Assembly: GCA_012026655.1 (NCBI GenBank)
Contig: JAAILG010000027.1
Coordinates: 62,001 to 126,000, forward strand
Source: Hydrolagus affinis
Lineage: Eukaryota
Length of the DNA stretch: 64,000 nucleotides
Reading direction: 5' to 3'
This document shows, piece by piece, positions 11,943-26,425 of the stretch. Within the stretch, counting starts at the first letter, position 1. Each line of letters opens with the position of its first letter. The position numbers and the translations under genes are program-made. The notes under the pieces are model-generated. The model saw nothing but the letters and a program-made list of their open reading frames with translations. It had not been told where the DNA came from and searched no databases.

Positions 11943-14900
11943 CTGTTAAGAGGATATAATGTCAGCATAAATATATTCATCAGCTGCAATCTATTATTGC
12001 ACCCCCATCAGGTTCCTTATTTCATTCTCCAACAAAATACACAGTCCCTGCCACTTTACAGCACTGTATATCGTGTGAAACGCTTTGTCATGTCCTTCCG
12101 ATGTGAAAGACGCCGTACCAAATGCAAGGTTTATTATTTTTTATTAATTTCAACAGCAAAAGAACAAGCTGTTTGAATCTAGCTTCTCTGTTCAAGAGGA
12201 CCAGTGCTATTTTTGTACACATTTACTTCCGGAAGAATTTGTTTCTCATCACCTAAGGTGGCACACCACTCATCCTGCCTTACAACTGCTAACACAATTG
12301 TTTAAGAAAATTCTGTGCAACGCTACAGAACTGCCCAGCGATATCATTCTATCTGAATTGGGAAACGGAGGGGGGAAAAGAAAGAGAGCGAGAGAGAGCG
12401 AGAGAGAGAGCAGAGGTTGAGAAACCAGCTGCGAGATTTAAGAAGTAAACAAGAGACTTAAATCTGTACTGTTCATTCATCCTTACTTTTAAATAATCGT
12501 TGCAATTGGGTCTGATTGGAAGGTTGTAAGCACCTCCTGCTGGTTGGGCAGCTCCACTGTCAGAAAAATTTGGGTGTCTCTGATAATTAGCGTAAAGCTT
12601 GTGAAAATGTAGGTGCTCGTGAAACAAAACATTGACCCAGCAGTCGATAACACTCTTGACACAGACCAGATAACGTTATATTTTGGTGACTCGGATCACT
12701 TCTATATCCTTTTATTGAATGCTGCCATTTAATGTGTTTGGGGGCAGTGAGGGGAAATTTCAAATGAATTTTGTTGCAGTCTTATTTGACACACAGTGAT
12801 ACATTTCTACATCAAGTGAGGGAGCTACTAGAGTTCAAAGGAGAGGATGTAAAAGATACGAAGAGTTCGATAAGTGTTAATTTTTTTTAAAAGCTGGTTA
12901 AATATTAAATATCAGAGCCAAAGAATTTGCTGATTTTAGAGATATAAGAGAAAAGCAAAACCTGACTAAATTCCAATACACCTTTTCATTTGTATTTTTT
13001 ACATTAAAAAAAATCTAAACAGACCAAGTTGATAAATCGAATAATTACTTTTCAGTTGTTTAGATAACCTCCTGTTAGGTTGGAAGATTAATCAATATCA
13101 TTCTCTGACCAGCGTGGCAGACTGGATTCCAATCGCCTCACTTCAAAACAAATGAAATTCTGTTCTTGACATTAGGTTTGACAAAATGATCAGCCTATAT
13201 AAACATTAACTGAATTTTACGTGCTGAACAGCATTATATGTTTATGTCTGCTGTGCATTCCTAGATCCTTATTGATGGTCAAAGCATTTTTTTTCACACA
13301 CCAATAATTAATGCTGTTCTATTCGACTCGAGTAAAATGCAAGCTCAATCTATGCTATACCTGTGACCCAAATATTTGGATATAAAGTCTAGCCGACTAT
13401 GTGACACATACAAAAAAAATCATGCACATCAGAGACAAGAGCGCAATGCTGATTTCCCAGTGCATCACAGGATTTTTTTCCACCCAATAACAAATTGCCA
13501 GATAATCTCTTCTGCTAGGCTAGCTATTATACTGGCGTTGGGTAGGCATGTCACATATATCTCATGGCAAACAGAAAACCTCATTTACCAACCTTTCCAA
13601 TCTCATCCCCCGCTCAGCCTGACCTTTTTTTTCAGCAGTTTATTATAAGCATTTTCTAATTTTAACTTTCAATTTTCGCCATCTTCCAGTCAATTTAAAA
13701 CTAAATGAATTTGAGGGCGAGGACAGTATCACTGGACAACTGGGGGAAAGTGCTTCTGGTAATGCAATGAAGATGAACGATTGATTGGTATCAGATGCAA
13801 CATAAATATATACAGTTCAGCAGTTATCCAATTGTCTGCAGTGCATGTGGATGCATTTTTACGATTTTTTAAAATCCGTACGTGATTCGTATCTGAACAT
13901 ACTGTATTATGTGCTGAATGCACAATAACTTTAGTTTAAATTAAACATAAGATGGTGAAGCGCCTTTAAATGGATGACAATATGTAAATTTTAATGTACG
14001 TAAATTATTCCTGGTACATGATTTTATAAAGGTCTTTATGACAAGAGCTATCATTAGCAGAAAGAAAAATCATGCCCATCTTTTTGTCTGCAGACAAATA
14101 CGTTTACCTTAGCAATGCTATCTTTTGACAGGCTAGTCCTTAAGCAGTGCACATTACATTTACGGCTGACATTTAATTTTTATTAACACTATGGTTAATA
14201 CTCAGCTTTGGAGCTTGCTGTCATATTCCTTAACATAAAATTGTTTTCTGCTTCTGTGTATATTCCGACCTCATTTTACTTTCAACGTAGAACATTAATG
14301 CTCCATTCCAACGAGCTGGCACATAATGCTTCTGAGAACAACACAGACTCATTCCTGAACCTGGTAGCTTGGTCAATTACAACAAAACAAAATGTGGTGT
14401 GTGATATTTTCACAGCAAGACTCTCGCCTCCAAGTCAGGCAATTAACCTGTCTCCTGATTGCAGCTGTCTGGGAGATTTGATTTTCCAGAATAGCTCTGA
14501 CATTGTGTCTCTACTCCACAATAATATGGCAATATTAACATAGAGCCATCTAGTTAGTATATTGTTCCAATTATTGTCTAGTGGGTGCAAATAAAATGCA
14601 TATAGCTATTGTATCCCCCGTTCACATTGTGACCACCACTAAATTATTTCTGTGACTTATGTTCAAATCTCAATTACCATCTCTTCTTTGTGGTGCAATT
14701 TTTTTTATTTGCTAATAAGAATTTCTGCTGAATTATTCACGGACGTTTTTTAAAAAAATGACACTGGCAGAAATCATCAAATGAATCCTTGAGCCGTATC
14801 CGGGAAGCAGTCATGGTCTGCTATGAACACTAATGGGGTTTATTCTTAAACAAGTAATGGGGGCCCAAGACTGGAGAGCCAAACAGCCTGTTTAGGCAGT

Positions 14901-17647
14901 GAAAAAGGACAAAATGACAATTCCGCAGATAAAGAAATCTAAAATATTCCTATCACTATGATATTGTGAATTAAAAGTAATAAGTAGAACGAGTCAATTA
15001 AGATGCACTTGACTGTATTTAAACTATTAACACAAAATTAAACTTTCAGTTTCCATTCAAAATGTACCTTATTTAAAAGTACAGTATTTGCCCCATTTTG
15101 TAACACTCTATTTAACATAGTGATGAATAGACACAAGCTTTCAGATATTTTGCAGATTAAAATGCAGCACTGAAATACCTTCTAAGTATAAAACACAACT
15201 TTGCAACCCATTTTCATCAAGCAGCTTAAAATAATATTTGTATATAAGTATAAATATTAAAATATAATTTAGATTCTTGTAAGTTACATTGTTTGGAGTG
15301 ATTTAATTCAGTGGGACAAGCGCCTTACCTCAGACAAGCTGAATATATTAAGTAGATTTACATTATCGAGGATTTATATTTACTGGGCATTCATCTCATA
15401 CAATAAAACAAGCTGCGATTTAACCCCTTCACTACCTAACCTGTGTAAATATGGGAATTTATGTTAAATTGCTTCTGTTGAAGAAATATTCCGCATATTT
15501 ATTTCTAAAGCTGAATGCAAAATGAGAGGAATGTGCTGAACTAAAGAACGTTCGTTCCTTAATGCACAGCATCACTAAATACAATTTTATCCATTCAAAA
15601 CTTGTTTTGTTCAATTAATTTGCCGCAGAATAGTCACCATACTCCATCACGGGTTAATGGGTTTCAACCATTTTTGGGAATGACCAGAGTTAAATAGAAT
15701 AAAAAACGTATACATAGTGCTTTTCCATTACATTTTACATCTCTTGTCATTGATGTGATATACAGAGATGGAAAAGTAGGTTAACCATTACTGACCCATG
15801 GTTCAAACGGTGACATTTAAATGTCAGACTAAGTCATGCATCAAATCCTAAGCTCAGTCCAAACTTTGCACTGATGTGTGCCTCAAAACAGTTGAGATTG
15901 TTCAGAAATGCTCCTTGCAGCATTACTCTAGTAATAAACAAAACAAAATGTTTAACTCAGACAACAATTGGAGATTAGAAAAACCTGTGCCCTGGATGTC
16001 TTCTAGTCTTACTTCAATGGGCCAGTCAGAAATTATAATTTCACTTTCAATGCACTTCTAAATTATATTTGGATAATAAAAATAAATTAATGCTTATGAA
16101 TAAGAAAGCCTTGTTCACAAACCACAACATATCTATTGGTAATTTTGCTCCCTATAATGAAGGTTAATTTATATCCTTACTTGTGTTTACTGTATTATTA
16201 AAAAATGTTCCCCTAAGCCATGTCAGAGGCACATAATGTCTATATGCAATGCAGAACTAATCTGGAATTTATCCAGATTAATACATTTGCATTGAAAATG
16301 TAATTTGGATTATAATTAATCTAAAGTGACGTTAGATTAAAATGACAATATAAATGAGGCATTAGTGAGTTCTGCTTCACCAAATGAATATTCAGGCCAG
16401 TAAAAGCTGCATGTGTTTAGGATCTTGAATTCTGCTTTCCCGATTATTTGAATGTACCAATTACTAATATAAACTGATGTACACAACAGCTTGGTGACAC
16501 GAGTATTCTAATGCTGCAAAAACATTGCAAACGTTTACCTACTAAGTGGGTTTTATGTCAGTGTGGCTCATATTGTGGAGACTGTAATGATTGTGAAAAT
16601 TACACTAAAAGGTGCAGATCTATTTTCCTCATATGCACTCAATTTAGGCAAAATTGAAACTGCATCACAGCGGTAGCACAAAAATTGCTACCAATTTATA
16701 TTTATATTCTTACAGAAGGAACCAATTCTTTTAATCTTCCTGCAAAAAGAAATCTTTGTCATATATTTTTTAAAAATCCGAGTATCTATTTCATTTCAGT
16801 GTCTCAGTTTGGAGCTCATGTCTTCTGGGTACAAGGAAAAGATATATGACTACCTGAAACTAATAGTCTCCAGCCTATTTCAGGACTTCTGCTTCACTGC
16901 ATCCAACATAATGTAAATGTGCATAGCGTGCGGCAAAAAAAAGCAGTCAGTGTAATATTCATTTCTGACAGCAGTCTTCCGCTTTCATACAAAATTCAAA
17001 ACATTCAAACTGAAACTTATATATGTGTATATGTATATAGAAAAAAAAATCAGCCAATTGTACACCCTGTGATATCTGCCAAGTAAAATACAGAAAGGAG
17101 CCTGTGGTATTTATACCAGATGCTGGTTTTATGCAAGATGCGATTAAAGCACGACAATTTCTGCAAAAAAACATTAATTCAGAATTTATTGCTCAGGTGG
17201 AGAAGGCTGCTTTGGATTACTAAGGAAAATGAGTTAAAAAAAAGCAGGCTGAAAAGCCTCTGGTCAGAGATACTGATACGCCTCACCATAATGGAAAAAA
17301 TACATGATTGGTATCTAATCCTGCGCTTAAACAAAATTAATATGTCATCAGAGGAATCACAAGTACTGCAAAGATTAATGAAAGGCGCTTAAAATTACAA
17401 GCACGCAAACTTATTTGATTAAAAAATAATCTCAATGGTCATTCTGTAATATTCTTCAACTTATCCGCATCTATCCTGTCAGATGGTTATGATTAAAAAT
17501 AGGTCAGCGTAAGGCTACTGATAGAAATCACATGTAAAACACACATGTGAAGAATATGATTGAGTCAGGGGAGGGGGAACTGAGCAGATAATTTTAAGAT
17601 CAAAAGAAAATTTAATATAGAAAAATGACAAAATCTACAAGTATTAC

Positions 17648-17779
17648 CAGAGTCTTTATCAGACTTCTTGCTTTCTTTGTTGTCATTTTCACTTGTGTCT
17701 TTGCTGTCAGTAGCAGCAGCAGCAGCAGCAGCTGGAATAGAGGTTTTACTTGGTCCTTCCGTCTCCTCGCTCTGCTCTT
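17648..17779 (-). CDS. ZFHX4: ZFHX4 coding exon, 132 nt (phase 1 to 1), with an Ala7 tract
   Basis: tttctctttaattgcAG|AAGAG...GACTCTG|GTAATA. Encodes (E)EQSEETEGPSKTSIPAAAAAAATDSKDTSENDNKESKKSDKDS(G), resembling human EEQSEEAEG...KDTSERDNSEGKNSNKDS. Confidence 0.9.
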
Positions 17780-17929
17780 CTGCAATTAAAGAGAAACACA
17801 GGAGGGATTTGGTTAGCAGATTACAAACTGTGCCGGATTTATTTTATTTTTTTTGGGGGGGTGGGGGGTGGGGGGGAGGATGGTGAGGACTGAAGGATAT
17901 ATTAAACGCTATCCTCTACCTTGCACCTC

Positions 17930-18720
17930 ATTGATAGCATCAAAGTGACAGAACACTGTGTTAATTTGAAAGCTGTTGCTCTGCAGCGGAGATTAATTAG
18001 TTTCCGAGTAACAAATATTATTTGCCATTTGCAAATGTGAGACAAAATATTTAGGAGCATTGCTGGGTGCCGAGAGAAAATTAATTTTGAATTGTTTTTG
18101 ATATTCTCTCACCCCTACCTATAAAATTGCCATTGCACGACATGCAGATCTGCACACTGGAATCAGTTATAGATTGGAAAATTGTCATGTTGATTGTGTG
18201 TGAAGCTTTATTGACAATCGTATAATTGAATAGATCTAAGCAACACATTTTACTGAATGCCACAGTTGAGCTAATTTACCTTTATTCTTGCTCATTTTTT
18301 AATTGATTAAAGAATATTCAATGATTATCTTATGGAAACACATTAACCTATTAACCTACAGGGGGCAGTCTTTGAGATACAATGCAATATTTTTTCCCGC
18401 CAGGGCATGCAGCTAACACCTATCTGTAAAATGCTGGCTACAGACAGATTGCATTAAAACAAAATTGCAGTGGAGCGATTCACACCAATTTAAACAGTTC
18501 TGTATTCTTTCGAGCTGTAATAGTACGGGATTAATCTGTTTATGCAGTTAGTGTATGGCCAGGGTTATGCAGCACTAATCCTTGAAAGACCTACTGTTCC
18601 TTTCCATCCTGTGATCATTTGTCTCTCGCTGTGCTGATGTCACATTTTAATGAATTTTTAGCAGTTTGAGTAATGCCAGATAACCAGGTTCTGTAACTCC
18701 CACAGCACTCCACGCTGTGT
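17930..18720. promoter_or_regulatory. Candidate conserved non-coding element upstream of the 132-nt exon
   Basis: Repeat-free; gattaattag, atttgcaaat, tgacag, tcaaag, aattgattaa motifs. Inference only. Confidence 0.3.
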
Positions 18721-21439
18721 TCATTGCTCTACAAAATAAAAATCATATTTGCAGGTCCTGCTAGGAATTAAACAAATTAGGAGATAGGAGGAAAATGGCG
18801 CAGTGTCGCATCGGTCAATGGGGGTGGGGGGGAACAGAACTCATCAGTTTCATAAAATCTTAATAACCATAAGAATTTACCCGGAGAAGGCAAATGGGTC
18901 CTGAGCACACCAGTGGCCCCATCCGCCATTTGATAAGGGATGCTTTTGTTAACTGGCTGGGACATGTTAACCCTTCAAATCCCACATCACTGGGACTCTT
19001 GACATATTAAGCACAACATATCAGGCTCAGAAATAAGTATAACATAACATTTTCATTGCAAATGCTTCGGTGATTGAAGGGGGAAAAATGAGCCCACTCT
19101 GAATGCTATGTTTTATTGATAGTATTCTGACAGCGGGATGAAATATTCCCTGTCATATGATGCAGCTGGTTGCAAATATTGCTAGTTTAGTAGTCAGATG
19201 ACTTTTGGGTGCCAGCAACCCAAATTGCGAGATACAGAAATAATAACCTGCTTGATCCAGGTAATGACAAATATTCTGGTCGGGTCTGCTATATTATGTT
19301 TTGTTACGTACTGGTACAAATTGTTTCCTATTATTCTCTCAATTCGAAATTAAGTCACTTTACATATTAGATCCGAGATGAGTTGCTTTTCTCCGCACAC
19401 AAAGGGGGAAGAAGCACAGATCATTTTAAACTGATCTTCTTTAATCCACCTCAAGGGTGTGTTAAAAACAGATTGATCTAAATTGATTTGTGCCTTGATG
19501 TACGCAGATTAACCCGATTTAAACTGATTAGGCCTGGTTTCCAAACTGTATTGGACTGCATCCACTTCCCCCTTATCTGTCTCAACAGTAGCATTTCAGC
19601 ATTTTGCCAATCCTGATCCGTAATCAAAGCTGAGTCTCCACAGTCTCACTGGTCACACACAGTAGGTGGAGAAGGCTGTATTTGTAAAGGTGGTAGGGGA
19701 GCATAGTTTGGGCTGCTGAGAGTCTGTGATTATGACCCAATGGGGCTGTGTTAATGCCAAGTGCATACACAGCTCATATCCAGTGTCGGGCCCTACAACC
19801 TCAGCAAACCTTGTGAAAGACCTTTCGCTTCTCATCCTTTGGAATTTATGCATTGTTCTTGCACTGGATTTACTGACCCATTTCCCGTGGGCTAGGAAAT
19901 GAAGTGTCACGGAGTGTCCTTACCTTCGGGGGACATGAAATTTTCAAGGCTATCACGGCACACATTAATAAAACATAGTGTGTTAAAAGGCAAATTATGA
20001 ACCCAGTAAGAGTGACTATCATCTGGGTCTCATCAGTCAGTTTGCTGGGCCCTCTTCTGCCTTTCTGGTATGTGTTTTAAGAGCGAGAGAAATTCCCAGA
20101 CATGTTCTCCGATACATCATCATGGAGTCTGACCCTGGCCTGACCCTCACAACAGTTTGACTAATCTGAATGTGGACAAAGACTGTGTGTCAGCAGCATG
20201 GAGCGACTGTGGAATAGACTATCCCCATCAATTTAATAGCAAACAGCAGTGCTGAGGCTATAACTTCACTGGGTTTCAGCAATGCCACAAACAAATAAAC
20301 CTCTGAGGTCAAACTGTCCACCAAATACATATTTTTATGTGTTTTGTTTAAAAAAAATCTCTTGAATGAAGAGAAAAAAGTAAAACAGGTAATGTATTCA
20401 TAAGAGAGAATGAGCGAAGCATCATTAGGGTTCAGAAGCTAAGTATTTTTTATTGAAGAGAAGATGTATTTTACATCACGAAGGTAGACTCTGAGAGTGA
20501 AATCTGCTTTGGATTGTAATGTTTCCTTCATTGGGTTTCGCAGATCTACCATTTGCTCCCGCTTCTCCCTGTTTTGCGATATCCCTCCTGATTTTCTCTG
20601 AATGCAGCTGCCACCGAACGTGAGATCAAGTACCGCGGAAATGAAAAAGAATGTGTATCGAGGAACATTCCTCTGGTTGCGCCGAAAAGACTTGAGTCTA
20701 TCACTTTGACGGCTGAAGGAGGATGTGGCCACCATATTTGCCTAATACATTTCTCATTAGAAAAACCTGAGACTTTCAAGGCCACAGGGTCTAAAAAGAG
20801 CTCAGAGTGCCTTTAAACGCATAAAGTTTATTAGCCACTGTCGGTACCCAGGTGCACGGCACCATGCACAGCGCTGGAGCTTTTCTTAATTATAATCAAA
20901 ATTAATTAGCAGAAACTCCAGGGTTAAGGTGATCTCCAAATGAGTCTGAAGATATTTTTAACTGTCTTTTTTGGGACTTGATATTTCACAGTGGATCTCT
21001 AAACTGGGGTCGAAATGATAATTCCTTTGCTAATCTGCCTTCATTAAAAATCATAACAAGTTTGAGTATATATTTATACTTTTTATTACTGAATGAAATG
21101 CACTGGAAAAAAAAGTGAATGGTGGTGTGAACAATAGTTTTGACGCAAAACATTCAAAATATGCATTACAGGGACCACCATGCTAATATTCTAAGAGAAT
21201 AACATTAATATTCAATTAAAATTTTAGCCAGGATGGTACAAAATTAGTACTGATCTGTCAAGTGCTTTAATCCACATTTTCCGTTTCCGATCCAATTGAA
21301 CCTCTGAGGAACTTGTGGATTTTGTTAAAATGATTCTGAATATGGAAAGCTTAAAGAAAAGGCCCATTGGGGCCATGGAAGTCTCTCCGTCCACAGACAA
21401 TGCAAAACCAGAGTGTGGGGGTAGAGAGGCTGAATAGTA

Positions 21440-21730
21440 GGGCGGGTCAGGTGGGAGACATGGAGCAGACCGGAGCCCGCTAAGTGGAGAGGGTGGGCAG
21501 ATTGTTATAGAGTTAGCAGGTCGGAGAGACAGTAAGTGGCAAATATGTAGATGGCCTTGAAAGTAAGGACAAGGATCTTGAATTCGATCCTCTGGGGGAT
21601 CAGGAGCCAATGGAGCCGGGAGAGGGTGGGAGTGATTGGGTTGTGGAGCCTAGTGTGGGATAGGAAACGAGCTGTAGAGTTTTGGATGATCTGCAGCTTG
21701 TGAAGAGCTGGGAAGGCCTGGCTATTGCAG
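21440..21730 (-). mobile_element. L2 LINE fragment
   Basis: Minus frame LHKLQIIQNSTARFLSHTRLHNPITPTLSRLHWLLIPQRIEFKILVLTFKA. Confidence 0.88.
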
Positions 21731-23337
21731 CCAGAGTCAGCATTTGTGATTCTGAGTGGTTGTTTCATGAAGTTGTTTCAGGAAGATTGCATCTTAGATC
21801 CTAAATGACATTCTGGAAACAGTGGTTATGAAAGGCTGCGATTGTCTTCTGTGTTGGCCAACGACATCACACTCTGATCTGATGATGCTCTCCTGAGTCA
21901 GTTTGTGAGTTCAAGCTCCACATCAGGATTTGAAATCCACGTAGTCAAGACCAACACTCCATTGCAGTGCTGGGGGTTTGCTGCAATATCTTTTTGAGAT
22001 TTTGATAAAACTATCTAATGTCAGCATGGAATTGTGAAGCAATGTGGCTACAAATCATAAGCAGGTGCATTGGATAGTAATAAGCTTCTCTCTCTCAAAA
22101 CAACATGTTGCTTGAGATGCCTGTATTATGGGGGCAACAATCAGACACCTTTTATACTGAACAACAATACCTTGAACTGTAACCTGAATCTTGTGGTAAC
22201 TAAGGTCCTGTAGTTTAAACAGATGGAGCACGTAGTATGTGATTGACTTTCCTGTGTGAATTACTGAGATTAGAGAACGCTTCTCTTTCTATAAACCTTC
22301 AACTCACATAAACTCCATGTACCTCAATGTAAAGTTAGCTAAGGATTTTCTGTCTTACTGCTGTTCTTACAACAAAAAGAGTCTGCTGTGTAATAAACAT
22401 AAATACGCCATGTGTGAAGGGCACCATACAAGTGCAAGCTGCTGTTGTTTTAAATAAATAAGAAAGTTTCAATTGCAAACAGAAAAAGTGCCAATGGTTT
22501 GCTTTTGCTTCATGTACACTATTCAATGATATTAGGAAAGAAGTGGGCCCCATAAGTGTGTGTGAAACACCCAGCAATTGAATGTTAGTGCACAGGTGCT
22601 GGGCTTGTTCTAATGGCAGTTATTCTTGAGAATACCATTCGGCCGTGGCACCCAATATAAATTTGAATTGCAAGGATTTTTCCATCTGCTCAAAAGGCTT
22701 GTGGTTAGATCGAGCAGAAGGGGTGTGGCATTGCTGGCAGCGCCAACTTTTCAATGTTTGTTAATGTTGACTTGGCACTGTGCCACCCACTGCATGTATT
22801 TTTTTTACATTTTTCCACCAGAGGATGTCTGCAATTGCTGTTGCAAGAGAACGCTGGGGAATTGGTGTCCTGGTTGCAGACCATTTTCGTCTTGCACCCT
22901 GGGGTACAAATGTCATGGAAGTTGTCTTGTCAATGATCCCCCAAAGTAAAATTCACTTCACTGTCATTCACTTCACAGCTCTTTGTGTGACTTTGCTGTG
23001 TACAAATTGGCTCCTGAGTTCACCCACAAAATATACAGTCATCGCACTTCAATGTATGTAAAGTGAAATATTCTACGTCATCCTCCCAACATGAAAGGCG
23101 CTATACAAAATGTAATTATTATTATTACTATTGCCATCTTGCCATGCCTTCAGTTAACTTTGCTTTCAATTAACTGACAAAGCCCAAGAATATAAATCTC
23201 ATTTGTTTGAAGAGACATTCATTGGGGTTTTGCTAAGTTATACCCTCCAAAAAATCAACGTCTTGCTATTTAAAAAATAACAATACATGAGGCTTTCCAG
23301 TTTAATGCTAATTCTGATTTCAAATGTTTCTGTGTCA

Positions 23338-23752
23338 GTTTACCTCAGTTGATATCACTCTTGCCCATTAGTCAGTTATTATGGGTTCAAAGACGTTACA
23401 TTTTGAGCTCACAAAAAAGATGGGCGCTCCAATTCAATACTAAGGTACAGCTGCATTGTTGGATGTGCCGAAATTCAGATGAGGGTCAAACTGAGGGCTA
23501 CATCTACTTGCTCGGTGTTCCCATTTAAGAGTGCCCAAGAGTAGGGTGTTTCTGTAATGTTCTGGACAACAATCACCCAAATAAAATAAGATGACTTTAC
23601 AGCTGTTGGTGTGACAAATCTATGTGCAAATTGGTGGTCTTGTTCACTTAAAAACATACAGTCACTACATGTTGCAGTAAATCCTATAAAGCACTTTCAG
23701 TCTTCCTCCTGATATGAACAATGCTATATCAACTGCAAGCATTATTACTGTT
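23338..23752 (+). mobile_element. Old, decayed DeuSINE-like copy
   Basis: Head cctcagttgatatcactcttgcc...gggttcaaag, core ggatgtgcc...cagatgagggtcaaactgagg, tail aagcactttcag...atgctatatcaactgcaagcattattact. Confidence 0.6.
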
Positions 23753-26304
23753 ATCATTGTTGTTTTTAATTGCATGCAAATTTGCCAATCTCAGTTTTAC
23801 TCTTTTTAATGGTAAAATTGGAGGCAACATTTGTGCACATTTCAGGACCAGGTAAAATGTTGTGGTTTACTGAGATCCCCCACTGATGCGGCTATTTATT
23901 TACATTCATCAACTGTAGGACCATCTTGTCAGGACCAGACGAGTATGCTGACTCTGTCCAGCGGAATCCTTTGATGCTCTTAGCTTTTGGTAATGTTGAT
24001 TTTTAATTTGCACAAACACTTTAGTCATCTTATCAATCAGGTTTCTCCAGAGTTTCCAATTATTCTAAGAAAATATACCAGGCCCCCCACTCTCCTCAAA
24101 GTTGCGAGGATCCTCAAATTTAAAGATAGGGGGTTGAGTGTAAACAAGGTGCATTTTTCCTGCCTCTCAGTTAACCTGCTGTTAACTGATACAAAATCTC
24201 CAAGTGGCAATTACAGAGGTGCCAGGAGCCCAGACTGTCGTGTCCTCTCGAAAATGAAGGATGTCGTGTGGAAGTAAGAAGGAAGCAAAAGGTGATGAAC
24301 AATCAAGCGTCTCACAGGATACTGAATATCTACCTCAGAGGTTTGCTGTGCTATTACCTAAAGAACCCAGTGAGAACGGGAGAGAAATTTAACTCTATTA
24401 TTGTAGCACTTCAGTGTGTGAATTCTGGCTTAAATATGAAATTGGTTTTCTGTACTTCATAAAAAGAAATCTAAAGAATTAAAGGCTTCAAAAATTAAGA
24501 TCATTTGCCAAATTCTACACACTCTGAAAATGTGACATAAATAGAGTAAATCTAGACCCGGCTTGAATTTCTCTCCATATTTGTGGAATAGGAAACAAAA
24601 ATCTGTCCACATCAGGATGTAGCAGGATTCAGGGCTATAGTCTACAGCAGTAACCTATTCCAACACAAACTGGGGGTAATTTGCTCTTAATTTTGGCAGC
24701 TGGTTTACTGCAAAATTGTAGCCCAGAGCAATGGGATAGAACAGTGACTGGGAAGTTCCTTCATTCATGCCAAAGTATTGCCAAAGTAAACTGGAACACT
24801 GGTAGAGTTTGACATTTCATAAATTGAGCACTTTACATCTACTTAACTAACTTGAAGCATTACTGTTAAGAGAGACACACACCTATTTTTGCTCAGATAA
24901 GCTATGTACCTGCTGAATTTGGATTCCTGATTTGGCTCTCTTTGTCTTACTTAATATAGCACAAGCAATTCCGTACCACTGTAAGTCAAAGAGAAAGAGG
25001 GTCTGAATAGCCCCCAGTCTGCAACTGCTGACAAATCTGTCTGATGGCCTCATGTAGTTAAGAAAAAATACAACAGTATAAATCAACTCTGTCAATTTCA
25101 CTGAACCCGAGCAATAAAAAAGATCCAATAAATAAGCAATTTTCTTTTCAAATAGCTTGAAATAGGAAGAAAACGTCTGGGTCCCATCTGTGTATAAGAC
25201 AGATCTTTTTAAAAAAAAAATTAGTAAGCGCACCTTCCACTGCATGAGAGAATTCCACTTTGCCTCAAAGATTTAGGTTTTTAGAAAGTAAATATTATTG
25301 GACAATTGTTAAATTCACTTTGAATTTTGAACCTAGTTATCTAATACACTTCTAAGTCTAGGTCCAGGTGGAATTCACCTCTAACCTACTCCCCCACCCA
25401 CACCCCAGCTCCCGACCCTCTCCTCCACCACATTCAATGAAACAAATGAGCAACTTGGGAGATCCACTATTGGAGCTAAGATTCAAACAACATAACATTT
25501 TCATACATTGTCGATCTTTTTTTTGCAAATCTGTACGGTCTTGTACGGTTTGTGCACTAATAAAAATGCACGGCATCACACTGAGAAACTGAAATGGTTA
25601 TGTGGAAACAAAAACCTCCTCTGTATCCATTTCAGCAGTTTCTAATAGAAAAAAATGGGTACCTGGGAGTGATTACTGGGCTGTAATCTAATCCAGGACT
25701 CAGATGATGTCATCAACCCTGAGAACATAGCTCGAGTGGTTTACAACCATCATCTTAACAACTGAATTAGATTACAGCCTTCAAAATTCCCCCCACGCTA
25801 TCTGTTATTATTTATAATGTGCACCCTTTCAATTTTACGTGGGGTATATTCTGCCTTCGGTTATTGGCCTTTGGTGCCAGTCGTGGCTTTGGGATTGGGA
25901 CATCATCGCTTCATGTCACTGGTTTTGGTCAACAGGCAATGACATCCACACAAGAATTCTAACATAGTGAATATAGTTTTCCTGAGAAACAGTGTATGGT
26001 TCACCCACACCTGCTACAGACACAAACCCACCGCGAGAGAAGCAACTTGAATTTTTATAACAGCACATTATCACATTGTAACATCTCAGCCAATTGCTGT
26101 TGTGTTTTGGCAAGCTATGTGGCTTTAGCTGGTTAGACTCCAGCAATACTCCAATGGACATTCTGGGGTCCCCAAGCGTTTGCTCTTGCCAACCTGAGCC
26201 TAATCCTTTCCGGAATTAGGTAAGCAGGATGCGTCCCTCCAGGGAGAGAGTGTGCATTCCACTGCAACAATCTATCACTGGGATTTCCAATGCATGGAAA
26301 TCTC

Positions 26305-26425
26305 AAACAAAAACAGAAGTCGCTGGGAACATTCAGCAGTTCAGGCAGCATCTATGGAGAACAAGAGTCATGGACCCGAAACATTGACCCACTTTCCTTT
26401 TTCCATAGATACTGGAGTATTTTGT
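26305..26425 (+). mobile_element. Chondrichthyan-type dispersed repeat end
   Basis: aaaaacagaagtcgctgggaacattcagcagttcaggcagcatctatggaga...gacccgaaacattgaccc resembles a common shark repeat end (recall only). Confidence 0.45.

Noticed and set aside
1-17779. Calling the gene ZFHX3 (ATBF1) or ZFHX2
   Set aside because: Diagnostic residues ([55 protein letters not shown] exon) and the separate 134/201-nt exons fit ZFHX4.
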